Positions 20,301 to 29,314 of a stretch of 64,000 nucleotides of DNA are shown here, piece after piece (the first letter of the stretch is position 1; each line of letters begins with the position of its first letter). This stretch comes from a bacterium. GTDB lineage: Bacteria; Bacteroidota; Bacteroidia; NS11-12g; UBA9320. The stretch spans positions 214,544-278,543 of the forward strand of contig JAAEYY010000001.1 in assembly GCA_018223105.1 (NCBI GenBank). The letters run 5' to 3'. Both the position numbers and the translations under genes were made by a program. Below the pieces are notes generated by a model. The model ran no database searches. It was not told the DNA's origin and saw nothing but the letters and a program-made list of their open reading frames with translations.

Positions 20301-20682
20301 GTAATAAGCTGTTTTTAGTGTTGAGGGCTGATTCCTGAAGTTCAAGAGTATTAAGAAGTTTATCTTTTACTTCGGGGAAATATTGACCAATAAGGAGAGA
20401 TGCTTTTCTATAACTTAGATTTCTGCGGATATTGATGAGCCCACCAATCGGCCGAATCACATACCAAAATAAAATAGCAGCTGATCCTAGAATGTATAAG
20501 CTAAACAGAAATGTACGAGTGCCGGTGTTGAAACGTCCGAAAAACTCTAGAACGCTTACCGCAAAGAAGGCAATAAGGCTAATAGATACAGCTAGGATAG
20601 CTCCTTTGAGTAACTGGTTCTTGTAGTACTTCTTAATGAAGAACTCGAGTTTCTGAATTAATATGTTTTGCTCCTGAGACAA
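17365..20682 (-). CDS. large membrane-anchored protein with extended E/K/Q-rich coiled-coil region (function unknown)
   Basis: 1105 aa. N-terminal TM helices, a beta-rich middle section, then about 450 aa of low-complexity charged heptad-like sequence. Confidence 0.6.
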   Translation of the reverse strand: MSQEQNILIQKLEFFIKKYYKNQLLKGAILAVSISLIAFFAVSVLEFFGRFNTGTRTFLFSLYILGSAAILFWYVIRPIGGLINIRRNLSYRKASLLIGQYFPEVKDKLLNTLELQESALNTKNSLLLASIEQKTAQLSPIPFSNAIKFNSNLRYVKLALIPAVILLLIMVISPGFKSSSERIVKFNQHFEPEAPFSFVVDASIFNTVQNRDLKIPLKLEGSEIPKDAYIHIGELRYKMSRKNSGQFEYLLRNVQKGQEIWFESGGFNSDRYTLDVALKPSLLSYNAKLDFPAYLDMEDQTVSNIGEITVPEGTGITWNFETRHVDQIEILPEGKEITNAGDRASFSKIFKKSSLLQVKTKNRSVKDGDSLFYNINVIPDAYPKIDVDQKSDSLSAKILYFLGEVNDDHGFTKLSFSYKFVNAQGDKKGKSGTVNIALDKKIQKQTFYHYWDLKQINVQAEDEIEYYFTVWDNDGVNGAKATRSQISTYKAPSLKEIKEQTEKSNENIKSSLSSSQAKASEIEKDLQEVKKMLTEKKNLDWNDKKKIEDLLKKHEQLQKEIEETVNENMEKNMKEEEFKDVNEEMLEKQQKIEELFEKVMDEETKELMEKIRKLMEENRMQELQQEMENLEFSEEEMSKDLDRMLELFKELELEKKLNETVEKLNELSKKQQELSEKTKNGEKKDEELIKEQEKLNEEFEELKKDLEDIEEKNKALEQPKSLDMPKEDSDQIQEKMNQSKESMEKGKNSDASEKQQDAAEEMKKMAESLEKQIEEAYEEQYQEDYNALRQILENLVQLSFDQEQIISEFKQNRSYNARYIELRQLQRRIVDESKMVEDSLLALSKRNPEIEHFVNEEIARVNQNLDRTLAHLGERQTSEAMVNQQYVMTGYNNLALMLSQSLEAMQEQMKSMKEKQQQKSGQCKKPGSGQGEKPKKPNAQTIKKMQQDLAKQLQEMMDGKKKGQQPGSKEFAEMAAKQAEIRKRLQELERDLQKEGKGGSLGDLQKTQDMMDDIEKDLYYKKLDPAVMEKLQDIEIRLSEHENAEKKQDKEEKRAAEEAKEKEREIPPSIKKYLEEKMKEQEMLRSVSPELQPYYKQKVKNYFGS

Positions 20683-20828
20683 GTCCTATCGAATAAACGC
20701 AAAGTAAGGCTTTTTTGTTGCTTTTCTTTGTCAGGTAATCCTCAGTGTTTCGTCTAAAAAAATGCAAGAAGCTTTTAGATCAAACTTTAGTCAAGTTTGG
20801 TCCTGAAGGCAACAATATGGCATAGAAA

Positions 20829-21365
20829 TTGGTTAATTTTGAAATAGATATGAAAAAGGTCTGGATAATCGCGATAGGTATTTTGCTTGTTTCAAGCGCA
20901 TTTATAATAATTCCAAAGGATGAAGTTGAGGTGGAAGCCGCAATTTCTGATTCACAATCTGAAGGAATAGAATGGTACGACTGGAATACCGGTTTTGCTA
21001 AAGCTCGTAAAGAAGGTAAGATGGCCATTATCGACTGTTACACAGACTGGTGTGGATGGTGTAAGGTGATGGATAAAAAGACCTTTACCGATTCTGCAGT
21101 TCAGAACAACATCAATGAATACTTTGTACCTATAAAATTCAATCCAGAAGAGAAAGGTAAGTATATTGTAGGTGAGGATACCATGAGTGGAAAAGGTTTA
21201 TTACGACAATTAGCACAGAATAAGTTTGGCGGATACCCTACAATTTTCATTTTTGTACCGCAAAATGCAAGAATGTTTCAGCATCCCGGTTACCAGGAAG
21301 CGGAACCATTCAATAATATGCTAGTTCAATACGTAGAATACCAGAAGGGTCTAACTTCTAATTAA
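20829..21365 (+). CDS. thioredoxin-fold protein (CxxC: DWCGWCK)
   Basis: 178 aa. Signal/TM anchor, then a thioredoxin-like CGWC active site. Confidence 0.65.
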   Translation: MVNFEIDMKKVWIIAIGILLVSSAFIIIPKDEVEVEAAISDSQSEGIEWYDWNTGFAKARKEGKMAIIDCYTDWCGWCKVMDKKTFTDSAVQNNINEYFVPIKFNPEEKGKYIVGEDTMSGKGLLRQLAQNKFGGYPTIFIFVPQNARMFQHPGYQEAEPFNNMLVQYVEYQKGLTSN

Positions 21366-21367
21366 AT

Positions 21368-22765
21368 TTGGGTCGAAGAAATAAGCAGCGCAATTTCGAG
21401 CGTGTAGAGTTACTTGCCGGTGGAGGCGAGGGACATGCCATTGCTAAGGTGAATGGCAAAGTAATATTCGTTAAATACGGAGCACCGGGCGATGTGGTGG
21501 ATATCAAAGTAGTAGGTCGAAAGAAGAGATTTGACCTCGCCAATATCACCGAGATTCACGAAGCTTCTAAAGATCGAACTGAACCTTTTTGTCAGCATTA
21601 CGGCACTTGTGGAGGTTGTAAATGGCAGCATCTAGACTATGCGGCTCAACTTAGGTTAAAAGATCAGTGGACCCGAGACTGTATGCAGCGCATCGGTAAA
21701 ATTGAACCTCAAGAATATATTGACATTCTCCCGGCTGCTTCAACTGAGTTTTATCGGAACAAAATGGAATACACCTTTTCAAATAAGAGGTGGTTGTACG
21801 AAGATGAGAACCTGGAAGACTTGGATCATACCAATGCACTTGGGTTTCATGCACCGGGTAGATTTGATAAAGTACTGGCCATTGAAAAATGCTGGTTACA
21901 ACATGACCATGGCAATAAAATCCGAAACTTTGTACGTGATTACGCTCTTGAACATGGACTAAGTTTTTACGATCTAAAAGAACATACCGGTCTCCTCAGG
22001 AATCTGATGCTCAGAAATACAAGGAATGGAGACTGGATGATCAACCTTATCGTAGCAGAAGATGATCCCTATTCATTTATGCCTTTACTGGAAGCAATTA
22101 AAAATGAATTTGATCCATATACGCTGAATTATTCCATTAATACCAAACTCAACGACTCTATCTACGATCTAGATTTTATAAATTACTCAGGATCGGGATT
22201 CTTGTGGGAGACCTTGTTTGATTTAGAGTTTGAAATTCATCCAAAATCATTCTTTCAAACCAATACGGTTCAAGCAGAAAAATTGTATCAAGTTGGTCTT
22301 GATTTCGCGGAGCTAAAAGGTACAGAAGTAGTATACGATTTGTATTGCGGAACCGGAACAATTAGTTTGGTGGCAGCCAGAAAAGCAAAGAAAGTTATAG
22401 GTGTTGAGATTATTCAGGAAGCAATTGATTCTGCGAATTCAAATGCAAAGCACAACAAGATTGACAATTCTGTTTTTGTCTGTGGCGATATGAAAGATGT
22501 GTTTCACGATGAGTTTTATAATCAGCATGGAGCACCGGATATAATAATAACAGATCCGCCACGATCCGGTATGCACCCAAAAGTGGTTCAGCAACTTCTC
22601 AGTATTGCCTGTCCGAAAATTGTGTATATCAGCTGTAATCCTGCAACTCAGGCAAGAGATCTGGAAGTGCTTTCGGAGAAATACGATGTTTTAAAATCTC
22701 AGGCGGTTGATATGTTCCCGCATACGCATCATGTAGAGAATGTGACTTTACTGAAGCTGAGGTAA
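21368..22765 (+). CDS. rlmD: 23S rRNA (uracil-C5)-methyltransferase RlmD (RumA family)
   Basis: 465 aa. TRAM domain, Fe-S Cys cluster (CQHYGTCGGCKWQH) and a SAM-MTase motif (DLYCGTGTI). Confidence 0.8.
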   Translation: MGRRNKQRNFERVELLAGGGEGHAIAKVNGKVIFVKYGAPGDVVDIKVVGRKKRFDLANITEIHEASKDRTEPFCQHYGTCGGCKWQHLDYAAQLRLKDQWTRDCMQRIGKIEPQEYIDILPAASTEFYRNKMEYTFSNKRWLYEDENLEDLDHTNALGFHAPGRFDKVLAIEKCWLQHDHGNKIRNFVRDYALEHGLSFYDLKEHTGLLRNLMLRNTRNGDWMINLIVAEDDPYSFMPLLEAIKNEFDPYTLNYSINTKLNDSIYDLDFINYSGSGFLWETLFDLEFEIHPKSFFQTNTVQAEKLYQVGLDFAELKGTEVVYDLYCGTGTISLVAARKAKKVIGVEIIQEAIDSANSNAKHNKIDNSVFVCGDMKDVFHDEFYNQHGAPDIIITDPPRSGMHPKVVQQLLSIACPKIVYISCNPATQARDLEVLSEKYDVLKSQAVDMFPHTHHVENVTLLKLR

Positions 22766-22966
22766 AACATCGGACATTCATTGATAGTTGCATATTTTGC
22801 AACTCCCGTCACTTCGGTTCTGTTTTTATGCAAGAAATCCGAATTCTTCTAATGATTTATGTTATTCTAAGGAAAATCAATTTAATTTTCTGTTCTGAAA
22901 CGAGAAAGAGCGTTAGAAATTTGCTATCTCTAATCTTGATTTGTGATCAAATAAAAGCAGAAGAAT

Positions 22967-24049
22967 ATGAATCTATTTGTCGGACCCGCACTTTTACTTG
23001 GACTCGTGTTAATCGAGCTCTTTGTGTTAGGTGTGGTCCGTAAAGAGAAGCTGCCCTGGAATGAGATTATTATGAATCTCAACTCCGGCCATATTCTACT
23101 TTGGGTTTTCCGAGGACTTGAATTATTGGGCTTCTATTACATTGAAACTTATTTTAGTTTTGGGATTGTAGCTCAATGGCCTCTTGCTTTACAAGTTGCT
23201 TTCACGTTCGTGGCCTGGGATTTTTTATTTTACTGGTTGCACCGCCTTCATCATACTTGGAAGTTTTTATGGGCAATTCACGAAGTGCATCACCAAGGGG
23301 AACATTTTAACCTTTCATTGGGAATTAGAAATAGTTGGTATTCATCACTCACATCTCTGCCTTTCTTTATACCTCTTGCTCTATTAGGAGTGCCAACAGA
23401 AGTGTTCTTGCTAGTTTCTTCTATCCATTACTTTGTGCAGTTTTACAACCACAATAAGTTGGTTGTAAACTCAGGAATTCTGGAATATTTTATGGTTACC
23501 CCGGCTTTGCATAAAGTGCATCACGGCAAGAATGAAGTGTATCGAGATAAAAATTGCGGTGGTACATTAAATATATGGGATCGCCTATTTGGTACCTATC
23601 AGAGAGAGTTGAAAAATGAACCTATTCAATTTGGTATCGATGAACCGATTCGATCAGAAAATCCATTTTGGGTGAATACTGTTCCGTTTTTGAAAATTGC
23701 AGGAAGGAATGTTAAGTCGCAAAATCGACCACCTTTTGAGCTTTCAAAGATTTGGGTCTCGGTTGGAGGTTTACTTCTTTTTTTACCTCTCCTGCTTTAT
23801 ATTAAACAAGAGTCTAGTTTAGATCTAATAGCTAAAGTACTCTTCTTTTCTTCCGTTTTCATTTCTACTCTAGCTCTTGGAGGTTTATACGAAGGAAAAT
23901 ATTGGGGACTTTTTGGCTGGATAGTTATAAATGTAGTATTAAACTCAGTGTTACTTTACTCCTTCTTATCGCCTCAAATCTGGAACTATCTTGCCTTGGG
24001 TCTTTTATTCTTACACGCAGTAATTACTCCCTTTTTAATAAAAAAATGA
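22967..24049 (+). CDS. fatty acid hydroxylase superfamily membrane protein (sterol desaturase / C4-methyl oxidase-like)
   Basis: 360 aa. Three His boxes (HRLHH, HEVHHQGEH, HKVHHG) plus an extra C-terminal multi-TM extension. Confidence 0.7.
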   Translation: MNLFVGPALLLGLVLIELFVLGVVRKEKLPWNEIIMNLNSGHILLWVFRGLELLGFYYIETYFSFGIVAQWPLALQVAFTFVAWDFLFYWLHRLHHTWKFLWAIHEVHHQGEHFNLSLGIRNSWYSSLTSLPFFIPLALLGVPTEVFLLVSSIHYFVQFYNHNKLVVNSGILEYFMVTPALHKVHHGKNEVYRDKNCGGTLNIWDRLFGTYQRELKNEPIQFGIDEPIRSENPFWVNTVPFLKIAGRNVKSQNRPPFELSKIWVSVGGLLLFLPLLLYIKQESSLDLIAKVLFFSSVFISTLALGGLYEGKYWGLFGWIVINVVLNSVLLYSFLSPQIWNYLALGLLFLHAVITPFLIKK

Positions 24050-25053
24050 TGGAAGCTAAGAGTATATTAATAACAGGTGCTACTGGCTTTTTGGGGAGCA
24101 GAACCCTGGAGTATTTGGCTGCAGAATATCCAGATACTCAGTTTATCGCTTCAGGAAGAACACTGAGGGAGGAGGCTAAAGTTTCATCTAAAAATGTAGA
24201 ATATATCTTGGGTGATCTAGTGGATATGGAATATGTCAAAACCTTATTCCGCTCAAAGCCGAATGTAGTGATTCATTGTGCTGCTCTTTCTTCTCCCTGG
24301 GGTAAAGCAGAAGAGTTCTATGAAGCGAATGTGCTGACTCAAAAAAATCTCTTAAACCTGGCATATGAAGCGGGATGTGAGCGATATATTTATATATCAA
24401 CGCCAAGCATATATTTCAATTTCAAACCTCGTTATGATATTAAGGAATCTGAACCCTTACCTGCACATTTTGTAAATCACTATGCCAGCACCAAGCGCGA
24501 GGCAGAATTGATGCTGGAATCGCAGAGCATACCATATGTTAGTTTGCGCCCAAGAGCGCTTATAGGTAGGGGAGATACAGTTATTTTGCCTCGATTGATT
24601 CGAGCCGTAGAAGAAGGCAGATTGAGAATTATTGGGGATGGTGAAAATGTTGTGGATCTCACTCCTGTAAGCAATGTAGTTCAAGCCATAGAATGCGCTC
24701 TTAAGGCTCCTAGAGAAGCCCTGAATCAGCATTATAACATTAGCAATGGAGCACCGGTAAAGCTTTGGGACTCAATCTTCAAAACGCTAGAAGCTTTGGA
24801 TCTTAAAGTGCCAACTCAAAAGCTTCCGGTAAGTATAGCCAGGACTATTGCAAGAGGAATGGAATTAATAGCTCAGCTATCCGGAAGTTCAGAGCCTGTG
24901 TTAACTCAGTACTCTGTTGGCACATTGGCTTATGATTTTACAATGAATATAGATAAGGCCAAAACACTGCTGTCTTATCATCCTTTACAAACTACGGATG
25001 AAGCAATAGAAGAATTTGTTCACTGGTATAAAGAGAAAAATAATGAAGTTTAG
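24046..25053 (+). CDS. NAD-dependent epimerase/dehydratase, 3beta-hydroxysteroid dehydrogenase-like SDR
   Basis: Start taken at MMEAKSILITGATGFLG (ATGA overlap with the upstream stop). YxxxK catalytic motif present (YASTK). Confidence 0.7.
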   Translation: MMEAKSILITGATGFLGSRTLEYLAAEYPDTQFIASGRTLREEAKVSSKNVEYILGDLVDMEYVKTLFRSKPNVVIHCAALSSPWGKAEEFYEANVLTQKNLLNLAYEAGCERYIYISTPSIYFNFKPRYDIKESEPLPAHFVNHYASTKREAELMLESQSIPYVSLRPRALIGRGDTVILPRLIRAVEEGRLRIIGDGENVVDLTPVSNVVQAIECALKAPREALNQHYNISNGAPVKLWDSIFKTLEALDLKVPTQKLPVSIARTIARGMELIAQLSGSSEPVLTQYSVGTLAYDFTMNIDKAKTLLSYHPLQTTDEAIEEFVHWYKEKNNEV

Positions 25054-25867
25054 ATTGATAAAAACAGGCTATTGTGATGCTTTTGAACATCATGCTATTC
25101 GAGGGGGGAAACGGAAGAAGATTCAATTTCCTGCAACAGTCGGGCTTCTAGAGCATCCTGAAAAAGGCTATGTTTTATTTGATACCGGATACAGCCAACG
25201 ATTTTTTGAGGAAACCCGGCGCTTTCCAAACAAAGTTTATGCTCTTATAACGAAGGTTTATCTCACCGAAGGCGAAGACTTAAAATCTCAACTTGAGCAA
25301 AGTGGGATAGACCCGAACTCAATTAAGCACGTTGTGATTTCGCATTTTCATGGAGACCATGTTTGTGGTTTGAAGGATTTTCCAAATGCCCAATTTTACT
25401 GTTCCCGAATGGCAGTTGAAGAGCTAAACAATGTATCTGATTTTCTGGCAGTGAGCAAAGGAATTCTTAAAGGCTTATTTCCAGCTGACTTTGAAGATAG
25501 ATTAGAATACATTGAAGATCTAAATCCTATAAATGAACCTCTTTTTGAGGCGACCTACGACCTTTTTGGCGATGGCAGTATTGAGTTGATAAAGCTTCAC
25601 GGACACGGTTGTGGTCAATATGGAATGAGATTTATGGCAGATGGTCAGCGGTATTTTTTAGCTGCTGATGGATACTGGCTGCGAAAGTCTTTGCAGGAGA
25701 ATATTTTACCTCATCCTATTGTGAAACTGTTTTTCTCTTCTTGGAAGGACTACAAACAGAATTTGAAGAAACTTCATGAGTACTATAAAGCCAATCCCGA
25801 TGTGATTATGCTATCTACTCATTGCAACGAAACTGTGAATGAGCAATTGATGAGACAAGAAGGATGA
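25043..25867 (+). CDS. MBL-fold metallo-hydrolase
   Basis: HxHxDH motif (ISHFHGDHVCG). The internal Met start overlaps the upstream gene by 11 nt. Confidence 0.7.
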   Translation: MKFRLIKTGYCDAFEHHAIRGGKRKKIQFPATVGLLEHPEKGYVLFDTGYSQRFFEETRRFPNKVYALITKVYLTEGEDLKSQLEQSGIDPNSIKHVVISHFHGDHVCGLKDFPNAQFYCSRMAVEELNNVSDFLAVSKGILKGLFPADFEDRLEYIEDLNPINEPLFEATYDLFGDGSIELIKLHGHGCGQYGMRFMADGQRYFLAADGYWLRKSLQENILPHPIVKLFFSSWKDYKQNLKKLHEYYKANPDVIMLSTHCNETVNEQLMRQEG

Positions 25868-27165
25868 AGTTTAAACTCCTCATATTGAAGTACTTTATAG
25901 TATTTAGGCTTCGCCGATTTTTCTTGCGAAATAAGACATTGCTTAGCTGGTTCCAAGGAATAAAGTTTAGATCGCAACAGAAGAAGTGGAAGAACTCGGA
26001 GTTTTATGCCGATTTAAACCATCGCGCAGCAAAACTGAACGAATATCCAGTCCTGTATAAGGCTGTGTTTATGAAGAACTTCGAAGCAATTAACACGGCT
26101 GGAATTGCTCTGGAGGAAGCATTTAAAGTGGCTTTGGATGCTGAAAATGGAATGCGAATTAATTCTGAGATTAATGGAATTACGGTAGGACTTTCAAGTG
26201 GCACGAGTGGAAATAGAGGAGTTTTTCTTGCTTCAGAGAAAGAGCGAGCTCAATGGGTAGGTGCTGTTTTGGATCGGGTAATTGGGCTAAAGCTCAAAAA
26301 ACGCAAAGTGGCTTTTTTCTTAAGGGCAAATTCAGAATTATATGAGTCGGTAAACTCCTCTTTGCTTCAGTTTGATTTTTATAATATTCATGATGAATTA
26401 GAGGTGCAAGTTGAGAGGCTCAATGCATTGAATCCCGATATTTTGGTAGCTCAGCCTTCAGTTTTACTACGTATCGCCGAAGGCGTAAATATGGGGAAGT
26501 GCAAGATTAAGCCGAGTAAAATAATTTCTGTAGCAGAAGTGCTTGAGCCAATAGATGAGCGGTTTTTAGAGCGGGTCTTTGATCTCGATATCGATCAGGT
26601 CTATCAATGTACTGAGGGGTTTCTGGCTTTTACTTGTAATAAAGGGAATTTGCACCTAAACGAGTATTCACTGATTATAGAAAAACGATACATCGATCTT
26701 GAGAAGAAAAGATTTCACCCCATAATTACTGATTTGGAAAGGGTGAGTCAGCCTATTATTCGATATGAGCTCAATGATATTCTGATTGAAGGCGAATGTA
26801 CTTGCGGATCAGTTTTTACCTGTCTGGAGCAAATTGAAGGAAGGGCAGACGACACCTTGTGTTTTGAAAATCAGGAAGGAAGAAAAGTTTATATCTATCC
26901 GGATATTTTCAGAAGACGGATCATCAAAAACTGTGAATGGGTTCATGAATATCAATTAGTTCAAACAGGAGAAAGGGAGCTTGAATATGCTATTAAGGCA
27001 GAGAATGGGTCTAGCCTTATTTCGGAGCAATTTAAAAAGGAAATCGCTCAGTTACTGGAAGAACGCGGCCTTGTAGATATTGAATTGGAAGAAGTAAAGT
27101 ATTTGGATCCCAAACCCGGAGATAAACTAAGACGAATTAGAAATACGAATTATGAAAAAGCTTAA
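25864..27165 (+). CDS. adenylate-forming enzyme, coenzyme F390 synthetase / PaaK-like (DarA-like?)
   Basis: 433 aa. ANL-type P-loop-like motif GLSSGTSGNRG, with the length and architecture of the PaaK/F390/CapK clade. 4-nt overlap upstream and 14-nt overlap with the downstream KAS III. Confidence 0.6.
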   Translation: MKFKLLILKYFIVFRLRRFFLRNKTLLSWFQGIKFRSQQKKWKNSEFYADLNHRAAKLNEYPVLYKAVFMKNFEAINTAGIALEEAFKVALDAENGMRINSEINGITVGLSSGTSGNRGVFLASEKERAQWVGAVLDRVIGLKLKKRKVAFFLRANSELYESVNSSLLQFDFYNIHDELEVQVERLNALNPDILVAQPSVLLRIAEGVNMGKCKIKPSKIISVAEVLEPIDERFLERVFDLDIDQVYQCTEGFLAFTCNKGNLHLNEYSLIIEKRYIDLEKKRFHPIITDLERVSQPIIRYELNDILIEGECTCGSVFTCLEQIEGRADDTLCFENQEGRKVYIYPDIFRRRIIKNCEWVHEYQLVQTGERELEYAIKAENGSSLISEQFKKEIAQLLEERGLVDIELEEVKYLDPKPGDKLRRIRNTNYEKA

Positions 27166-28138
27166 GATATCAGGAACCGGGACCTGTTTCCCGGAATATC
27201 TGTTAAGCTCGAGGGAGTTGGAACAGAAGTATGCTTTGCCGGAAGGCTGGTGTATGCGCTATTCCGGTGTGGAAAGCAGGTACAGAGTGATCCATGAAAG
27301 TGGGGGAGAGCTCGGCGCAAAAGCAGTTGAAAGGGCTATTGAAGATGCCGGTTTAAGTTTGTCTGATATTGATTTACTTATAAGTGCATCTGCAACATTC
27401 GATTATCCGCTGCCAAACCAGGCTTGTGTAATTAAATCTAAATTAAAAGATGGAAGTAAATATGACTTTCCGGCCATTTCGGTTGATTCAACTTGTACCG
27501 GATTCCTCACGGCTTTAGATCTCGCTGCAGGAATGCTAGACGGAGTCAAATATGGAAACATAGTTATCATAAATTCTGAGGATTCATCAAAAGGTCTTAA
27601 TCCGGATAATTGGGAGACTTTAAGTCTTTTTGGTGATGCAGCGGTTGCTAGCCTTGTTTCATATACAGAAGAGGATTTGGGAATTATAAAAAGTCATGCG
27701 ATTACAGTTGCAGAAGGAATGGAACTTACTATCATTCGCGGCGGGGGGAATGTGAATCACCCTAAAGACCATCCTTATGACCCTGAGTTATATAGCTTTT
27801 CAATGTCGGGGAAGGCACTTTTGAGAATGGCTAAAAAGTACATTGAACCTTTTATGGAAGACTTGTTTAGGGAGAGTGGATACAGCATGGGTGCTATGGA
27901 ACATGTTTTACCTCATCAGGCCAGTTTAAGTGGTTTAAATAGTTTTAAATCAATGTACAAGCTAAGCGAAGAACAGGTTCACAGTAATTTGAAAGAATTT
28001 GGTAATTGCATTAGCGCATCCATTCCCTTATTGCTGCATCAAGGTTTAAAATCAGGAAGAATAAAAAGAGGAGAAACCTGCTTGTTGGCAGGTACAAGTG
28101 CAGGGTTTTCAATTAGTGGTCTAATTTTAAAAGTATAA
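27152..28138 (+). CDS. 3-oxoacyl-ACP synthase III family condensing enzyme (FabH/DarB/OleA-like)
   Basis: 328 aa. Thiolase fold with active-site Cys (VDSTCTGF), His (LPHQAS) and Asn (GNCISASIP). Confidence 0.75.
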   Translation: MKKLKISGTGTCFPEYLLSSRELEQKYALPEGWCMRYSGVESRYRVIHESGGELGAKAVERAIEDAGLSLSDIDLLISASATFDYPLPNQACVIKSKLKDGSKYDFPAISVDSTCTGFLTALDLAAGMLDGVKYGNIVIINSEDSSKGLNPDNWETLSLFGDAAVASLVSYTEEDLGIIKSHAITVAEGMELTIIRGGGNVNHPKDHPYDPELYSFSMSGKALLRMAKKYIEPFMEDLFRESGYSMGAMEHVLPHQASLSGLNSFKSMYKLSEEQVHSNLKEFGNCISASIPLLLHQGLKSGRIKRGETCLLAGTSAGFSISGLILKV

Positions 28139-29283
28139 TGTCTGTGTTTTGGCCATTGGATTTTATTACTGGAGCAATGAAGAGGGGAACTCGTCTAAGT
28201 TTTAAGCGATTTGTAGTTGTTTTTATTGTTTTCCCGGGTATTCTAATTTGGCAAGGATGTAATCGCTTATTTCTGTTTCTTGATTTAATTTTCTTTCCCG
28301 GATTTAAGAAAATTGAAGTTGGTTCTGCGCTTTTTATTACGGGTTTGCCGAGAAGTGGTACCACTTATTTGTTCCGTCTATTGGCGCTAGATACATCAAA
28401 CTTTACAAGTTTTAAACTATGGGAAATACTATTTACTCCTTCTATTTGTCAGAAGTTGATGTGGCTACCTATTCAAAAACTTAATCGTGTTTTGGGTGGC
28501 CCTCTAGTTTATTTGGTCCGAGCTTTTGATCGTCTGGTATTAGGAGATTTTCGGAAAATTCACGAGATGGGTTTGCTGCAGGTGGAAGAGGACGATTTGC
28601 TTTTACTTCCCTTTGGACAGTCTAGCTATTATTTCTTTTTATTTCAGGAGAATAGAAACATGCGCAAGCTGCTCAACTTCGATTTCGACTTGGAACTGAA
28701 TGAGAGAAAAAAGATAATGAGCAACTACAAAGGTCTTGTTCAAAGACATTTGTATATGAGCGCGAATCGGGACAAGAAGTTTTTATCAAAGAACCCTTCT
28801 TTCGTTTCAAGAATTACCAGTTTAAAAGCCACTTTTCCGGAGGCAGAGGTGCTCTATTTATTTCGTGATCCTAAAAAGGTGATTCCTTCTTTTTTAAGTC
28901 TAACGGATCGTTTGTTTAAAATCACCGGTTCAATCAAACTATTGAAATCCGGAGATCCATGGTATATGAATCAATTGCTGCGTTGGTATGAAGACAGTTT
29001 AGACCTCGCGCTGAAAAACGGGAGTATTATTCTTTCTTTTCCCGATGTAGTTGGTGATACATCGTCTGTGATCAGAAACCTCTATAATGAGCTGAAATTA
29101 GAAATGAGGCATTATCATGTACAGCAGACTCTAATAAATTCTTACTCAAACTATAAGAGCAGTCATAATTATGAAGCCTATGAAGCTTTGCTTGGTCAGC
29201 AAGAACTTAGCGCTGTTAAAGCTATAAAGCTAAAAAGAAAAGGTATAGATTCTACACTCTTTACAAATCAAATTGGAGTATAG
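28138..29283 (+). CDS. PAPS-dependent sulfotransferase
   Basis: 5'-PSB motif LPRSGTTYL and 3'-PB motif FRDPKKVIPSFLS. TAATG overlap with the KAS III stop. Confidence 0.7.
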   Translation: MSVFWPLDFITGAMKRGTRLSFKRFVVVFIVFPGILIWQGCNRLFLFLDLIFFPGFKKIEVGSALFITGLPRSGTTYLFRLLALDTSNFTSFKLWEILFTPSICQKLMWLPIQKLNRVLGGPLVYLVRAFDRLVLGDFRKIHEMGLLQVEEDDLLLLPFGQSSYYFFLFQENRNMRKLLNFDFDLELNERKKIMSNYKGLVQRHLYMSANRDKKFLSKNPSFVSRITSLKATFPEAEVLYLFRDPKKVIPSFLSLTDRLFKITGSIKLLKSGDPWYMNQLLRWYEDSLDLALKNGSIILSFPDVVGDTSSVIRNLYNELKLEMRHYHVQQTLINSYSNYKSSHNYEAYEALLGQQELSAVKAIKLKRKGIDSTLFTNQIGV

Positions 29284-29314
29284 CAATGTTACCTTTGTAA
29301 CAGATTTACCTCAG

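Noticed and set aside
24046-24049. Possible programmed frameshift or fusion between the fatty-acid hydroxylase and the 3beta-HSD-like genes
   Set aside because: A simple ATGA stop/start overlap explains the junction. No evidence for a fusion.
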